This document shows positions 18,093 to 28,212 of a stretch of 54,434 nucleotides of DNA, piece by piece. The stretch comes from an archaeon. GTDB lineage: Archaea; Nanobdellota; Nanobdellia; Pacearchaeales; GW2011-AR1. The translations under genes were made by a program, and so were the position numbers. The notes under the pieces are model-generated. The model worked only from the letters and a program-made list of their open reading frames with translations. It made no database searches and was not told the origin of the DNA. The stretch lies in the NCBI GenBank assembly GCA_043815245.1, contig JBDRJD010000044.1:1-54434 (forward strand), given 5' to 3'. Position 1 is the first letter of the stretch. Every line of letters starts with the position of its first letter.

Positions 18093-19057
18093 TACTGGGT
18101 GTTGAGAGTACTGCGCATACCTTTGGAATTGGAATTGTAAGTAAGGGGAAGATTCTAGCAAATGTTCGAGATTCTTATACTACTGAAAAAGGGGGGATAG
18201 TTCCGATTGAGGCTGCCAAGCACCATGAGGCGGTTAAGGGTTTTGTTTACAAATCTGCGTTGGAAAAAGCTGAAGTGGAGGAAAAAAATATTAAGGCGGT
18301 TGCGTTTTCTAATGCTCCGGGGTTAGCGCCTTGTTTGATTGAGGGTCTGAAATTTTCAATAGAGTTGAGTAAGAGGCTTAATGTTCCTTTAATTCCTGTT
18401 AATCACTGTGTTGCCCATCTAGAAATTGGTAAACTTACCGGTGCTAAAGACCCCGTTTTATTATACGCAAGCGGAGCGAATACACAGATTATTGCTTATG
18501 CATCTGGCAAGTATCGGATTTTTGGAGAGACATTAGATTCTGGAGTGGGTAATTTTATTGATACTTTTGCGAGATATGCAGGAATTGGTTTTCCTGGGGG
18601 GCCAAAAATTGCTGAGCTTGCTGAAACAGGAGAATATGTAGAGCTTCCTTATTCTGTGAAGGGAATGGATGTTAGTTTTTCTGGTATGTTGACAAATCTT
18701 AGACAGAAACTTGAATCAAAAAAATACAAGCTTGAGGATTTAGCTTATTCTTTACAAGAAACTGCTTTTGCGATGTTAGTTGAGACTGCAGAAAGGGCTA
18801 TGGCTCATACGGGGAAAAAGGAGCTTCTTTTGGGAGGGGGTGTCGGGTGTAATAAAAGACTTCAAGAGATGTGTAGGATTATGTGTAAGCAGAGAAGGGC
18901 AAGATTTTTTGTTCCATCAAATGATTTACTTGTTGATAATGGTGGCATGATTGCTTATCTTGGTGAGATAATTTTCAATTCTAGACTTAAAATTAAAGGA
19001 GAAGTGGATATTAATCCTAGGCAGAGGACAGATGAAGTTGAGGTTAAGTGGGGGTAG
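18089..19057 (+). CDS. kae1: tRNA t6A threonylcarbamoyltransferase Kae1 (not fused to Bud32)
   Basis: LGVESTAHT, VNHCVAHLE, LYASGANTQ, GETLD and DNGGMIA. Confidence 0.95.
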   Translation: MILGVESTAHTFGIGIVSKGKILANVRDSYTTEKGGIVPIEAAKHHEAVKGFVYKSALEKAEVEEKNIKAVAFSNAPGLAPCLIEGLKFSIELSKRLNVPLIPVNHCVAHLEIGKLTGAKDPVLLYASGANTQIIAYASGKYRIFGETLDSGVGNFIDTFARYAGIGFPGGPKIAELAETGEYVELPYSVKGMDVSFSGMLTNLRQKLESKKYKLEDLAYSLQETAFAMLVETAERAMAHTGKKELLLGGGVGCNKRLQEMCRIMCKQRRARFFVPSNDLLVDNGGMIAYLGEIIFNSRLKIKGEVDINPRQRTDEVEVKWG

Positions 19058-19062
19058 GATTG

Positions 19063-19287
19063 TTAATTCCTGATAGCATTATAAAGTCTTTTTGCTCCCT
19101 CGCAGAAATATGCAAATGCATAGCAGGCCCCTATTAAGGCTGCAAATCCTGCTAGACCGTATATTGAGTCAAGATGCACATCTCCTGGCCCTCCATGGTG
19201 TTCTCTTTGAGTTTCAATTGCCCGCGTTTCATTTGTTTGTTCTAGTGCAATTGCCTCACCTTCAAAGATTAAGTTGGCTAGATTCAT
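19063..19287 (-). CDS. Small hypothetical membrane protein
   Basis: 74 aa with one TM segment; TATA-like TTTATATA upstream on the minus strand. Confidence 0.55.
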   Translation of the reverse strand: MNLANLIFEGEAIALEQTNETRAIETQREHHGGPGDVHLDSIYGLAGFAALIGACYAFAYFCEGAKRLYNAIRN

Positions 19288-19361
19288 TAGTGTTGTTTTG
19301 TCATTGAACTATATAAATTTTATCACAGCAAGCTTTATATTTATTGTTTCTGTGTATATTT

Positions 19362-22300
19362 ATGCTAAAAAAGAGGGAAGTAGAGGTAGCTTTGGCTATA
19401 GTTGTGATTGGAATTAGCTTGTTAGTCTTTAATTCTTCTTTATATGTTTTGTCGGATATGTATGGCATTGGTACTGATACTGTTGTCCAGGATCTTTCTC
19501 GTTTTTTAGAGGCTTTTGGTATTGGGCAGGAAGGGGTGATGATGGCTCCTGGTGATATTGGAGTTGGCTTGCTGGATTTTGGGCCATGTGTAAATCCGTT
19601 TGATGGATTGAACATTACAGAGAGTACATTACTCTGTTCTGGAACTTTTGTATTAAACGATAGTGATGATCAAGGAGTAATAAGGATTCTTTGGGATAAT
19701 GTTCACTTGAAATGTGACGGCACCAGGATTATTGGTCTGGATTATCCATACCCCAGAAATTCTATCGGAATAAGACTTGGCAACTTTAGTCAGACTGGGC
19801 TGGTGAAAAATGCAACTATTGAGGGGTGTTACGTTGAGAATTATTATTATGGTGTTGATCTGTGGAGAAGTGAAAATGCTAAAATAATCAATAATACAGT
19901 TGTAAAAAATGAGTACGGGATTATTGCTACTGAAAATAATGCAAGTTTGTTTGAGAATAATACTGTTTTAGACACCATTTTTGTAGGAATTATGGTTTCT
20001 GGGGGGACGGTGAGAAATAAACATAATATAATTAATAATAATTATTTAAGAAACTGCACTTTTTGCATTGATACCTTTCCGGCTGCAGGATATAACCTTA
20101 CAATATCCAATAATTTCATTGAAAATATAACTACGAATAAGCCCTCTGAAACTAGACCTGCTACAGGAATTAGTGATTTTGACGTTGGGGTTGGGGCGAG
20201 TAATCGTAGTAGAATATTTAATAATACTATCTTAAACGGAGGGCTTATGTCTCGAGGGATGTGGTTAAATCAAAATGAGAGTCTAATATCTGGGAACTAT
20301 ATTTCTTATACTAACACTGGGATGTATGTTGGGAGTGATTCGAGAAATAATTTAATTACTGAAAATACCTTCCATGGTAATGACTATGGACTGCAGCTTG
20401 CAAGTCCTTCTGAAGGAAATAATATTACTAATAATACTATTTGTAATAATGGTATTGGAGATATTTTCACAGCTTTTACAATTCTTGCTAGGGGAGATGA
20501 TAATTATTGTGATACGACAATTCAGTGGAGTGATAATGGGGATCACACCCTTAATCTTGGATGTGAGTTCGCGTGTAGTCAGGCTTCTTCTTGTGAAACC
20601 CCTTATGATGGGATGAATATTACCACAGATACTACTTTGTGTTCTGGAGATTATTACCTTAATGATTCTGATTATGACGGTTTAATAAGAGTGCTAAGTA
20701 GCGGAATTACAGTAAGTTGCCAGGGCACTAGGATACATGCCCCTGCACCCTATATCGGAGCTCAAGTAGGAATCTCAATTGGGAGGAATTTTCGTAATCC
20801 AAGCGATCCTATTGTGAATAATGTGGTGATAAATAATTGTTATTTTTCAGATTTTGAAAAAGCGATTATTACAGAGAACTCAAATGATCATCAATTTATT
20901 AATAATGAGTTTGAGAGTGATTTTCAGAGTATTTTTATTGAAGATACTGCCGGACTTTTTATATTTAATAATACCATGAGCGGCACTATGTATGGGGTCT
21001 GGTCTAGAAATAGTATTAATGATTCTGTAATCCAAGGAAATCTTATGGATTATGGTTCTGGCAGCTTTTCGGGGGGGACTGGTATTTCCTTAGATACTTG
21101 TAGTGCTTGTAAAAATAATACCATCAGGGACAATACTATTCTTAATAGGGGGGGAGATGGTATTTACTTTTTTTCATCTTGGTTTAACCAGTTAAATAAT
21201 GATAATAAAATAATAAATAACACAATTAGCAATGTTGATGCTGGCATACTTTTTTATCGAGGCAATAATAGTTTAATTGAAGGAAATTCTATTTCGAGTT
21301 CTGCAGGGGATTGCACCGATTTTAATCTTTGGAATTCTGTTGTTGCTAACAATACAATCAGTGGTTGTACAAATAACGGACTGTATATTGGGGGAAATTA
21401 TTCTAACTACCTAAACAACAATATCACTAATGCGTTAAGGGGCATCTATATTTTTGGAGGAAATAATAATAATATTAGTTATTCTAGAAGCTGTGGAAAT
21501 CTAGAGAGTGACGTGGGTGTTACTGTAACTTCTACTGGAAATTTTGGCGATGAAAATGTCTGTGATAGCACTATTAATTGGAATGATCAAGGTTCTTCTG
21601 GATGCAGTTCTTCTTGTAGTGGACCGCCCCCTGAGCCTTGTGTGGTCCCTTATGATAATCTTTATATTACTAATGATACCACTTTATGCTCTGGAACTTA
21701 CAACCTTTATGACGCTAACTTTAATGGGTTGATTGTTACGATGAACAATCATACGAACTTGAAATGTGATGGGACTAAGATTATTAATGCAGATCCTGCT
21801 GTTGGTTATGCAATTGGGTTGGGAGATAGTAGGGGGAATCTTGATTTTCCAGAGGCTTATAATGTAAGTGTTGAGGGTTGTACATTTGAAAATTTTAATG
21901 TAGGGATTACTACGTATAGGTCTGAGGACATAAGGATAATTAATAATACTTTTATTAACCTTAGTTATGGCGTCAGTACTACTACTAACAAGGGTTTCGA
22001 GGTAAGAGATAATACTTTTATCGATAATTCAAACTCCTTGTATTTTGTTTTTTTTGAGGATGCAATTGTTGATGGCAATAACATAACTGCTATTAATGAC
22101 TGGGCCTTTACAGGCATTGAGACTTATGCTAACATTACAAATGTTACGTTTTCAAATAATTTTATTGATACTGAAAATTATGGAATTTTATTTTGGAGCA
22201 GCTCTTTTATTACGCGGAATAATCGAGTAATTAATAATGTTTTTGTCGGAGATGGGACTGGTTTTGCTATTCACAATTTTAACTTTGATAATAATACATT

Positions 22301-22718
22301 GATTCAGAATAATACTGTAACTGGTTACTCTGCTTGTCTCGGCATTCATAGGAATTTAAATATTGATGTTTTAGATAATAAATTTAATTGTGTTTATTAC
22401 GGGATGTCTATTTCAAGTACCAATAACTCTAATTTTTTGAGGAATAATATTTCTGGGAATTGGTATGGTGTGATGATGACTGATTCGTTTAATAATAACT
22501 TGGGCTTCTCAAGATTTTGTGAAAGTTCAGAGTATGATATTTTGACAAGCAACTCTGATTCTAGTTTTGGTGACGAGAATTACTGTGATATTAGTTTTAA
22601 CTGGTCTGATTCAGGGCCTTTAATTAATAATTTATCTTGCAAGTATTATTGTGATGGGAGTTTGAGAGGAGTTGGGGGCTGGCAATGTTTATTAACTGAT
22701 GCTTACTGGGAGGGTTAA
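19362..22718 (+). CDS. Large secreted/surface protein with three right-handed parallel beta-helix (NosD/CASH-like) modules
   Basis: N-terminal hydrophobic signal/anchor; three modules each starting C..P(F/Y)D..NIT..T.LCSG; Asn-rich PbH1-like repeats and many N-x-S/T sequons. ATG at 19362 about 25 nt after a TATA box. Confidence 0.8.
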   Translation: MLKKREVEVALAIVVIGISLLVFNSSLYVLSDMYGIGTDTVVQDLSRFLEAFGIGQEGVMMAPGDIGVGLLDFGPCVNPFDGLNITESTLLCSGTFVLNDSDDQGVIRILWDNVHLKCDGTRIIGLDYPYPRNSIGIRLGNFSQTGLVKNATIEGCYVENYYYGVDLWRSENAKIINNTVVKNEYGIIATENNASLFENNTVLDTIFVGIMVSGGTVRNKHNIINNNYLRNCTFCIDTFPAAGYNLTISNNFIENITTNKPSETRPATGISDFDVGVGASNRSRIFNNTILNGGLMSRGMWLNQNESLISGNYISYTNTGMYVGSDSRNNLITENTFHGNDYGLQLASPSEGNNITNNTICNNGIGDIFTAFTILARGDDNYCDTTIQWSDNGDHTLNLGCEFACSQASSCETPYDGMNITTDTTLCSGDYYLNDSDYDGLIRVLSSGITVSCQGTRIHAPAPYIGAQVGISIGRNFRNPSDPIVNNVVINNCYFSDFEKAIITENSNDHQFINNEFESDFQSIFIEDTAGLFIFNNTMSGTMYGVWSRNSINDSVIQGNLMDYGSGSFSGGTGISLDTCSACKNNTIRDNTILNRGGDGIYFFSSWFNQLNNDNKIINNTISNVDAGILFYRGNNSLIEGNSISSSAGDCTDFNLWNSVVANNTISGCTNNGLYIGGNYSNYLNNNITNALRGIYIFGGNNNNISYSRSCGNLESDVGVTVTSTGNFGDENVCDSTINWNDQGSSGCSSSCSGPPPEPCVVPYDNLYITNDTTLCSGTYNLYDANFNGLIVTMNNHTNLKCDGTKIINADPAVGYAIGLGDSRGNLDFPEAYNVSVEGCTFENFNVGITTYRSEDIRIINNTFINLSYGVSTTTNKGFEVRDNTFIDNSNSLYFVFFEDAIVDGNNITAINDWAFTGIETYANITNVTFSNNFIDTENYGILFWSSSFITRNNRVINNVFVGDGTGFAIHNFNFDNNTLIQNNTVTGYSACLGIHRNLNIDVLDNKFNCVYYGMSISSTNNSNFLRNNISGNWYGVMMTDSFNNNLGFSRFCESSEYDILTSNSDSSFGDENYCDISFNWSDSGPLINNLSCKYYCDGSLRGVGGWQCLLTDAYWEG

Positions 22719-22748
22719 CTTTAAATATCTGGAAAAATGTATATAAGA

Positions 22749-25700
22749 ATGAATAAAAGGGGAAAGAACTTATTACTAGTAAGTGTAGTTATAGCTGTTT
22801 TTTTAGTGTTTTTAGTAGCTTTTTCTCTTGCAATTGGGACGGATGTGGATGAAGGAACTGTTGTGAATATTACTGTTGAGGGTGTGAATTGCAGTGGAAA
22901 TATGATTTATTTTAATTATAGTGAGATTGATCTGACTGGTGCTAATGACTCTATAAATCCGCAACCTTTAGGGCTGCCTACATCTGCGATTTTTACTGGT
23001 AATAAGACTGTTGTTGAATGGACTGCTCAGTGGTTTGATGATAGTGATGGGGATGATGGTAACAATAATCCTGATTTGCAGTTTAATGCTTCTTGCCAAG
23101 ATGATAGTATACTCTCAAATATAATTCAGATTAATCCTTCTTCATCAAGCTGTACTGTTCCGTATGACAATATGGATGTTTATGGGGACACTACTTTGTG
23201 TCCAGGAAGTTATTATCTTAATGACAGTGATGCAAACGGAATAATTAGGGTTAGGAATGGTAGTGTGACTTTAACTTGTGCTGGCACGCATATTTATGGC
23301 GATGCAGATATTCCTGCAGGCTCAATGGGGATTGTTATGGGCACTTCTGACCTGACTTATCTTTCAGATATCACAGTAAAGGGCTGTAATGTTTCTAATT
23401 ATTATTATGGTATTAGGGCAAATGGACCACCTTTTCCTTCAAGAACAATTTATAACCTTGTTTTAAGAAATAATACCTTAAATAATAACCATTATGAAAT
23501 TTATCTGAGAAATGTTGTGGATGGATTGATTGAGAATAACTCTCTTAATGGACCTGGGATTCAGTATGATGCAGGGTTTGCATTTCTAAATGTGAATACC
23601 ACTACTGTTAAAAACAATATTTTAACTAATACTCATTTTGTTATTTTCTCCCCTTCATATAACAATTTGATTTTAGATAATTTGTTTCAGAATTTTAATG
23701 GTGCAGCGACTTCCACTGTTAATCCTGGATGTAATGGAGATAGGATTGTTAATAACACCTTCAGAAATACATGGGGGATTAATATTGAATACCCCTTAAA
23801 TACTGTTATTGAGGGGAATTTTGTAGAGGGTTCTAGTTATAATTGTATTGCAACTGCTAATCCGAGTTTTTTGACTTCTAGTATCTCTATCTTGAATAAT
23901 GATCTTAAGGATTGTGGAACTAGCGGAATTTCAATAAATTTTGTAAATAATACTTTAGTTTCTGGAAATAATATCACTGGGTGTAATCTGGGGATTTGGG
24001 GGGATAGGAGTTTTAATCTGAAGATTCTTGGAAACAATTTTTTGCGTAATAGGAATGGGGGGTCTCCAAAAGCAATACGGCTTGCTAGATGTGGTGGCAC
24101 GATAATTCAGGGAAATAATATTACTGATGAAATTGAAAGTATAGTTGTAGAGGATTCTTCAAATATGAGCATACTTAATAATAATATTTACTCTAGTTTG
24201 AGTTCGTCTTATGGAATTTTTTATGATACCTCGGGGGAGAGTTTGATTCAGGGAAATAATATTCAGCTAACTTCTAGTGGGTATGGGGGGATTTGGCTAC
24301 ACCCTGGCAGTTTGGGATGCAATAATAATGTTATGAAGAACAATTACATTAGTGGAGCTGGTTTTGGAGTTTACATATGGCTGTCTAATAATAATACGAT
24401 TGAAGACAATGTGATAGACAGTTGTTTTGCGAGTTTCTCGGATGGTACTGGGATAAATGTTGAGACTAGTAGCAATAATACATTTGTTAGAAATAATGTA
24501 ACTAAGAATGTTGCGGGAATTAAGCTATTATACACCTCTGAAGATAATAGTATTACTGACTCCGTTGTTTGTAATAATTCCCTTAGCTATGATGTTGTGG
24601 CTTCTGGAAGTTCTTTAAATAATTCTGGAAGTGATAATTACTGCCAGAACACCTTGAACTGGAGTGATAATGGGGCCCTTGCTTTAAATCTCGGATGTGA
24701 CAACCTGTGTTATCCTATTGATTGTGATTTTGACAATGATGGATATGATGCAGCCAATGCAACTTGTTTGGGAACTGACTGTGATGATGATGAGTTTTTT
24801 ACAAATCCTTCTGCAACAGAAATTTGTAGTGATGTAATTGATAATAATTGTAATAATGAGTCAGATTATGACGAAGTTGGAGGATTACATGGCGACTTAA
24901 ACTGCCCTGTGCAAGTTTTAGGAATTTCTACCTCGAACTTAAATCCTATTGAGAATACTAATATTCAGGTGAACTGTACTGCTAATCCTGGGGATGTGAA
25001 CAGTATTGATGTAGATGTTGGAGGGAGTTTGTGTTCTTTTGATTTATGGGATGGAAATATTGCAAGTTTTACTTGCAATGTTGGTCTAGCTGGAATCAAA
25101 GACGTAACTTGCTCTGTTAATCATCTGAAGTCTTATCAGGCGGGAGTTAATCAGTCTACTACTTTAAATGTTATTGCTTCAAGTTGCTCGGGGTTGACTG
25201 AGGGGAGCTGTAATTTTAATCCAAGCTGTGATTGGTGCCCTGGATGCTCTGGAAACCAGAGTAATTTAATTGGAAGTGATGCTTGTGTTGATACTGGGAC
25301 TTGTAATTACGAATGTTCTTTAACTTTTGGCTGTAGTGCTCAGTGTGATCTTACTTTAGGGGGATGCTCAGATACTATTTGTGAAGATTATTGTGTGGGG
25401 GAGGATCTTTATTTAAGAGATGATGTTGTTAATGATTGCCAGTTAGGAGGGTGTACTTGTGAAGAAAATGCGTGCTTAACTGGCTCCCAGACAAGTTGTG
25501 GAAGCACAAATTGTAACGCTTTAATTCATTTGGTTGGCAGCTGCCAGAATCCTTGTTTAACTCAGGCAGGAGATGATGTTTGTGCTGGAAGTTGTACTCC
25601 AAGCTGTTCTTGCGAAGTTGGTTGGTGGGATATTAATGGATTGCCAGTGGATGGATGTGAGTATGCTTGTAGTATTAGTAATGGGGGTGTTGAAATATTA

Positions 25701-27107
25701 TGTGATGGGATAGACCAAGATTGTGATGGAAGCGATGATGAAGGTACTGATGTTGATGGTGATGGGTTCAAAGTTGAGGGAGGATTATGTGGATTAGTTG
25801 ACTGTGATGATGGAAATGAATTTGTAAATCCTTCTGCAACAGAAATTTGTGACGGTATTGATAATGATTGCAATGCCTCTACTGGAGATGGAAGTGGAGA
25901 AGCTGCACCTTTGAATTCTTTACAAGATGGTGTTTGCTCTGGAAGTTTACAGAGTTGTACCGGAAGCTGGACAGATGATTATTTGGGCGTTGCTAATTAT
26001 GAACTACTTGAAGTAAGTTGCGTTGATGTTTTAGATAATGATTGTGATGGGGAGGCAGATAATAATGATAGCGATTGCCCTATTGTGCTTCCACCAGGTG
26101 CGTTTAGTTTGTTTATTGAAGCTGAGGACTTTACTTTGAATTCTTCAATATTTAATGTTAATGCATCTAGTGGAGCATCTAGAGGAGATTATATTTATGC
26201 TGATGGGGACTTAAGTGAAAAAGTCAACCCAACTGAAGATGGAAATTATTCTGTGAGCATCCCTGCAGACGGTGTTTATGCACTTTGGGCTAGGTTGTAC
26301 GCTACAAATGAAAGCAATGATGCAATTTATATTGGTTTTGATGGAACTTATAATAGAACTTTTCCTAGTAATTGGAGTGTTTTCCAGTGGGTGTTTGTAG
26401 CTAGCTTTTCTTTAACTGAGGGAAGTCATGAAATTTTTATTAGTTATTCTGAGAATTTATCTGGAGTCGATGCATTGTTTATTACAGAGAATTTATCTTA
26501 TATACCTACTGATGATATTATTGAGTATTGTCCAAATACTATTTGTGATACAGCTAGAGGAGAGAGTTGTAGTACTTGTCCTGCTGATTGTGGCGTTTGC
26601 TCTGATGATGATAGTGATGATGATAGTGGTGGCGGAGGGGGCGGCGGAGGTGGGGGTGGCTTCCCTCCTGTAACTGGAAATGAGACTAATACAACTCAAC
26701 CAGCTCAGAATGTTACCTTGCCAGAAGGTCTAGAATGTCAGCCTGGAGCTTGTAGTTCAGAGTTGCAAATGTACTGTTCAGATGATGGACTGTGGCATGA
26801 TGAGCTGTATTGTGATAATTGTGAAGATGGAATTTGTGAAGAAGAAGTTCCTAAAGATTATAATATTCAGATATTAATTGGGGTTATTGTAGGAATCTTA
26901 GTCTTAATTGTGGCAATAAGTATTGTGTTGATTAAAGCAAAAAAGCCTAAAGTTAAATTAAGTTCTAGTAAGTATGAGGACACATTAAGGCCGTATGTAA
27001 AGAAGGCTGTAGAAAAGGGAATGAAAAAGGCAGATATTAGAAAGCAGTTAATTGATAAAAAGTGGCCAAAAGAGATTGTGGATAAAGTTCTTAGAGATGT
27101 GAGGTAA
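22749..27107 (+). CDS. Large membrane-anchored surface protein: beta-helix module, Cys/Asp-rich Ca-binding-like repeats, CBM-like domain, poly-Gly linker and C-terminal TM
   Basis: MNKRG plus a hydrophobic signal; CTVPYDNMDVYGDTTLCPG module; D.D.DG..DCDD..NPSATEIC repeats; FIEAEDF domain; TM near the C-terminus. Confidence 0.8.
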   Translation: MNKRGKNLLLVSVVIAVFLVFLVAFSLAIGTDVDEGTVVNITVEGVNCSGNMIYFNYSEIDLTGANDSINPQPLGLPTSAIFTGNKTVVEWTAQWFDDSDGDDGNNNPDLQFNASCQDDSILSNIIQINPSSSSCTVPYDNMDVYGDTTLCPGSYYLNDSDANGIIRVRNGSVTLTCAGTHIYGDADIPAGSMGIVMGTSDLTYLSDITVKGCNVSNYYYGIRANGPPFPSRTIYNLVLRNNTLNNNHYEIYLRNVVDGLIENNSLNGPGIQYDAGFAFLNVNTTTVKNNILTNTHFVIFSPSYNNLILDNLFQNFNGAATSTVNPGCNGDRIVNNTFRNTWGINIEYPLNTVIEGNFVEGSSYNCIATANPSFLTSSISILNNDLKDCGTSGISINFVNNTLVSGNNITGCNLGIWGDRSFNLKILGNNFLRNRNGGSPKAIRLARCGGTIIQGNNITDEIESIVVEDSSNMSILNNNIYSSLSSSYGIFYDTSGESLIQGNNIQLTSSGYGGIWLHPGSLGCNNNVMKNNYISGAGFGVYIWLSNNNTIEDNVIDSCFASFSDGTGINVETSSNNTFVRNNVTKNVAGIKLLYTSEDNSITDSVVCNNSLSYDVVASGSSLNNSGSDNYCQNTLNWSDNGALALNLGCDNLCYPIDCDFDNDGYDAANATCLGTDCDDDEFFTNPSATEICSDVIDNNCNNESDYDEVGGLHGDLNCPVQVLGISTSNLNPIENTNIQVNCTANPGDVNSIDVDVGGSLCSFDLWDGNIASFTCNVGLAGIKDVTCSVNHLKSYQAGVNQSTTLNVIASSCSGLTEGSCNFNPSCDWCPGCSGNQSNLIGSDACVDTGTCNYECSLTFGCSAQCDLTLGGCSDTICEDYCVGEDLYLRDDVVNDCQLGGCTCEENACLTGSQTSCGSTNCNALIHLVGSCQNPCLTQAGDDVCAGSCTPSCSCEVGWWDINGLPVDGCEYACSISNGGVEILCDGIDQDCDGSDDEGTDVDGDGFKVEGGLCGLVDCDDGNEFVNPSATEICDGIDNDCNASTGDGSGEAAPLNSLQDGVCSGSLQSCTGSWTDDYLGVANYELLEVSCVDVLDNDCDGEADNNDSDCPIVLPPGAFSLFIEAEDFTLNSSIFNVNASSGASRGDYIYADGDLSEKVNPTEDGNYSVSIPADGVYALWARLYATNESNDAIYIGFDGTYNRTFPSNWSVFQWVFVASFSLTEGSHEIFISYSENLSGVDALFITENLSYIPTDDIIEYCPNTICDTARGESCSTCPADCGVCSDDDSDDDSGGGGGGGGGGGFPPVTGNETNTTQPAQNVTLPEGLECQPGACSSELQMYCSDDGLWHDELYCDNCEDGICEEEVPKDYNIQILIGVIVGILVLIVAISIVLIKAKKPKVKLSSSKYEDTLRPYVKKAVEKGMKKADIRKQLIDKKWPKEIVDKVLRDVR

Positions 27108-27191
27108 TGGGGTTCAGGAAAAAATGGGAACATTTAGAAATTATTGAGCACTAACTGTCTCTTTGTTAAGAAAGGGAAGATCATAGCAAAG

Positions 27192-27199
27192 TTTATAAA
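27192..27199 (+). promoter_or_regulatory. TATA box of the rpl7ae operon
   Basis: TTTATAAA preceded by a purine-rich BRE-like GCAAAG. Confidence 0.6.
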
Positions 27200-27220
27200 G
27201 CTATTTTTTTATTCTTTCAT

Positions 27221-27329
27221 ATGTCAGAAATACTTTGTGAAAAACTCCATCTTTTGGGATGTTGAGAGGTATTTCTGTGCATCCTAAAGTTTTAACAAAC
27301 TGAATATCTTACTTCAGAAACTTTTTGAT
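27221..27329 (+). mobile_element. AT-bounded double-hairpin repeat element, copy 1
   Basis: ATGTCAGAAATACT...GGTATTTCTGTGCATCCTAAAGTTT...AAACTTTTTGAT; blocks shared with the copies at 28917 and 34406. Confidence 0.7.
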
Positions 27330-27350
27330 CCAATGATTTAATAGGAGGAT
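27328..27350 (+). promoter_or_regulatory. Kink-turn/K-loop overlapping the SD of rpl7ae (putative L7Ae autoregulatory site)
   Basis: ATCC-AAT-GA-TTTAATAG-GA-GGAT: 4-bp C-stem, 3-nt bulge and tandem GA/AG pairs; contains GGAGG. Confidence 0.7.
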
Positions 27351-27353
27351 AAA

Positions 27354-27647
27354 ATGACTGATTTTTATTCTTTAGTAGAAAAAGCAAGAAAAACCGGAAA
27401 AGTTGAAAAAGGCATAAATGAAGTGACAAAAGCTATAGAGAGAGGTACGGCAAAATTAGTTGTTGTTGCTAAGGATGTTGAACCTAAAGAGGTTATCCAG
27501 CATATCCCGATTTTATGTAAAGAGAAGGGCATAGAGTGTGGAGAAGTTGATAGTAAGGAGAAATTAGGGATTGTTGTTGGGATTAAGGTGCCTTGTAGCA
27601 GTGTAGCAGTTATTTCTGGTGATATTGGCGAAACTAAAAAGAAATAA
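27354..27647 (+). CDS. rpl7ae: 50S ribosomal protein L7Ae
   Basis: [32 protein letters not shown]...HIP.LC.EK. Confidence 0.95.
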   Translation: MTDFYSLVEKARKTGKVEKGINEVTKAIERGTAKLVVVAKDVEPKEVIQHIPILCKEKGIECGEVDSKEKLGIVVGIKVPCSSVAVISGDIGETKKK

Positions 27648-27655
27648 TTTTTAAG

Positions 27656-27949
27656 ATGGGAAGTAATAAACGTACTGTAAAACAGGGTAAAGCTGAAGCA
27701 ATGAAGGGTGGTGATAAGTATACTGCTGCGGCTGTACCGGCTTCTGTTGAAGAGATAATTGGGAGAACTGGTTTTAGAGGCGAGATTACTCAAGTGAAGT
27801 GTAGACTGCTTGATGGCAGGGATAAAGGTAAGGTTATGAGAAGGAATGTTAAGGGGCCTATAAGGCTTAAGGATCTAATTCTGCTAAGGGAGACGAATAT
27901 TGAAGCTAGAAGGATTAAAAGTAAGGTTACTAAGGGGGCTTTTACTTAA
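27656..27949 (+). CDS. rps28e: 30S ribosomal protein S28e with N- and C-terminal extensions
   Basis: [35 protein letters not shown]...LRET..EARRI. Confidence 0.95.
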   Translation: MGSNKRTVKQGKAEAMKGGDKYTAAAVPASVEEIIGRTGFRGEITQVKCRLLDGRDKGKVMRRNVKGPIRLKDLILLRETNIEARRIKSKVTKGAFT

Positions 27950-27950
27950 A

Positions 27951-28211
27951 ATGAGTATTAGCATCCATCCTGTTGATCAGATGAATGAAGAATTAGTTAG
28001 TAGGATTGAAACACTATTGACTGAAAATTCTTTTGCTGAACCAGAGGCTGTGAAGGTATCTAATTTAAGGGAGAGTCAAGTTGATTATTTGAGAGGTTTG
28101 TTAGAGGAGAAAGGGTATGATGTGGAGGTAGCTGCTTCAATTGTTGTAGATAATACCCATGTTGGAATTCATGATACTACTTACGTTGCGCATATCAGGA
28201 GGAAAGAATAA
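27951..28211 (+). CDS. Hypothetical protein inserted in the ribosomal operon
   Basis: ATG at 27951, 1 bp after the rps28e stop. Confidence 0.65.
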   Translation: MSISIHPVDQMNEELVSRIETLLTENSFAEPEAVKVSNLRESQVDYLRGLLEEKGYDVEVAASIVVDNTHVGIHDTTYVAHIRRKE

Positions 28212-28212
28212 A

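Noticed and set aside
25353-25372. ACTTTAGGGGGATGCTCAGA, resembling the reverse complement of the element core
   Set aside because: It has three extra G, lacks both flanking stems and the AT-bounded ends, and lies in frame within a Cys-rich coding region; probably chance.
26626-26660. G-rich tract (possible G-quadruplex or repeat)
   Set aside because: Explained by a poly-Gly linker codon run.
27106-27153. 15-codon ORF after the surface protein gene
   Set aside because: Too short, with no motif or SD support.
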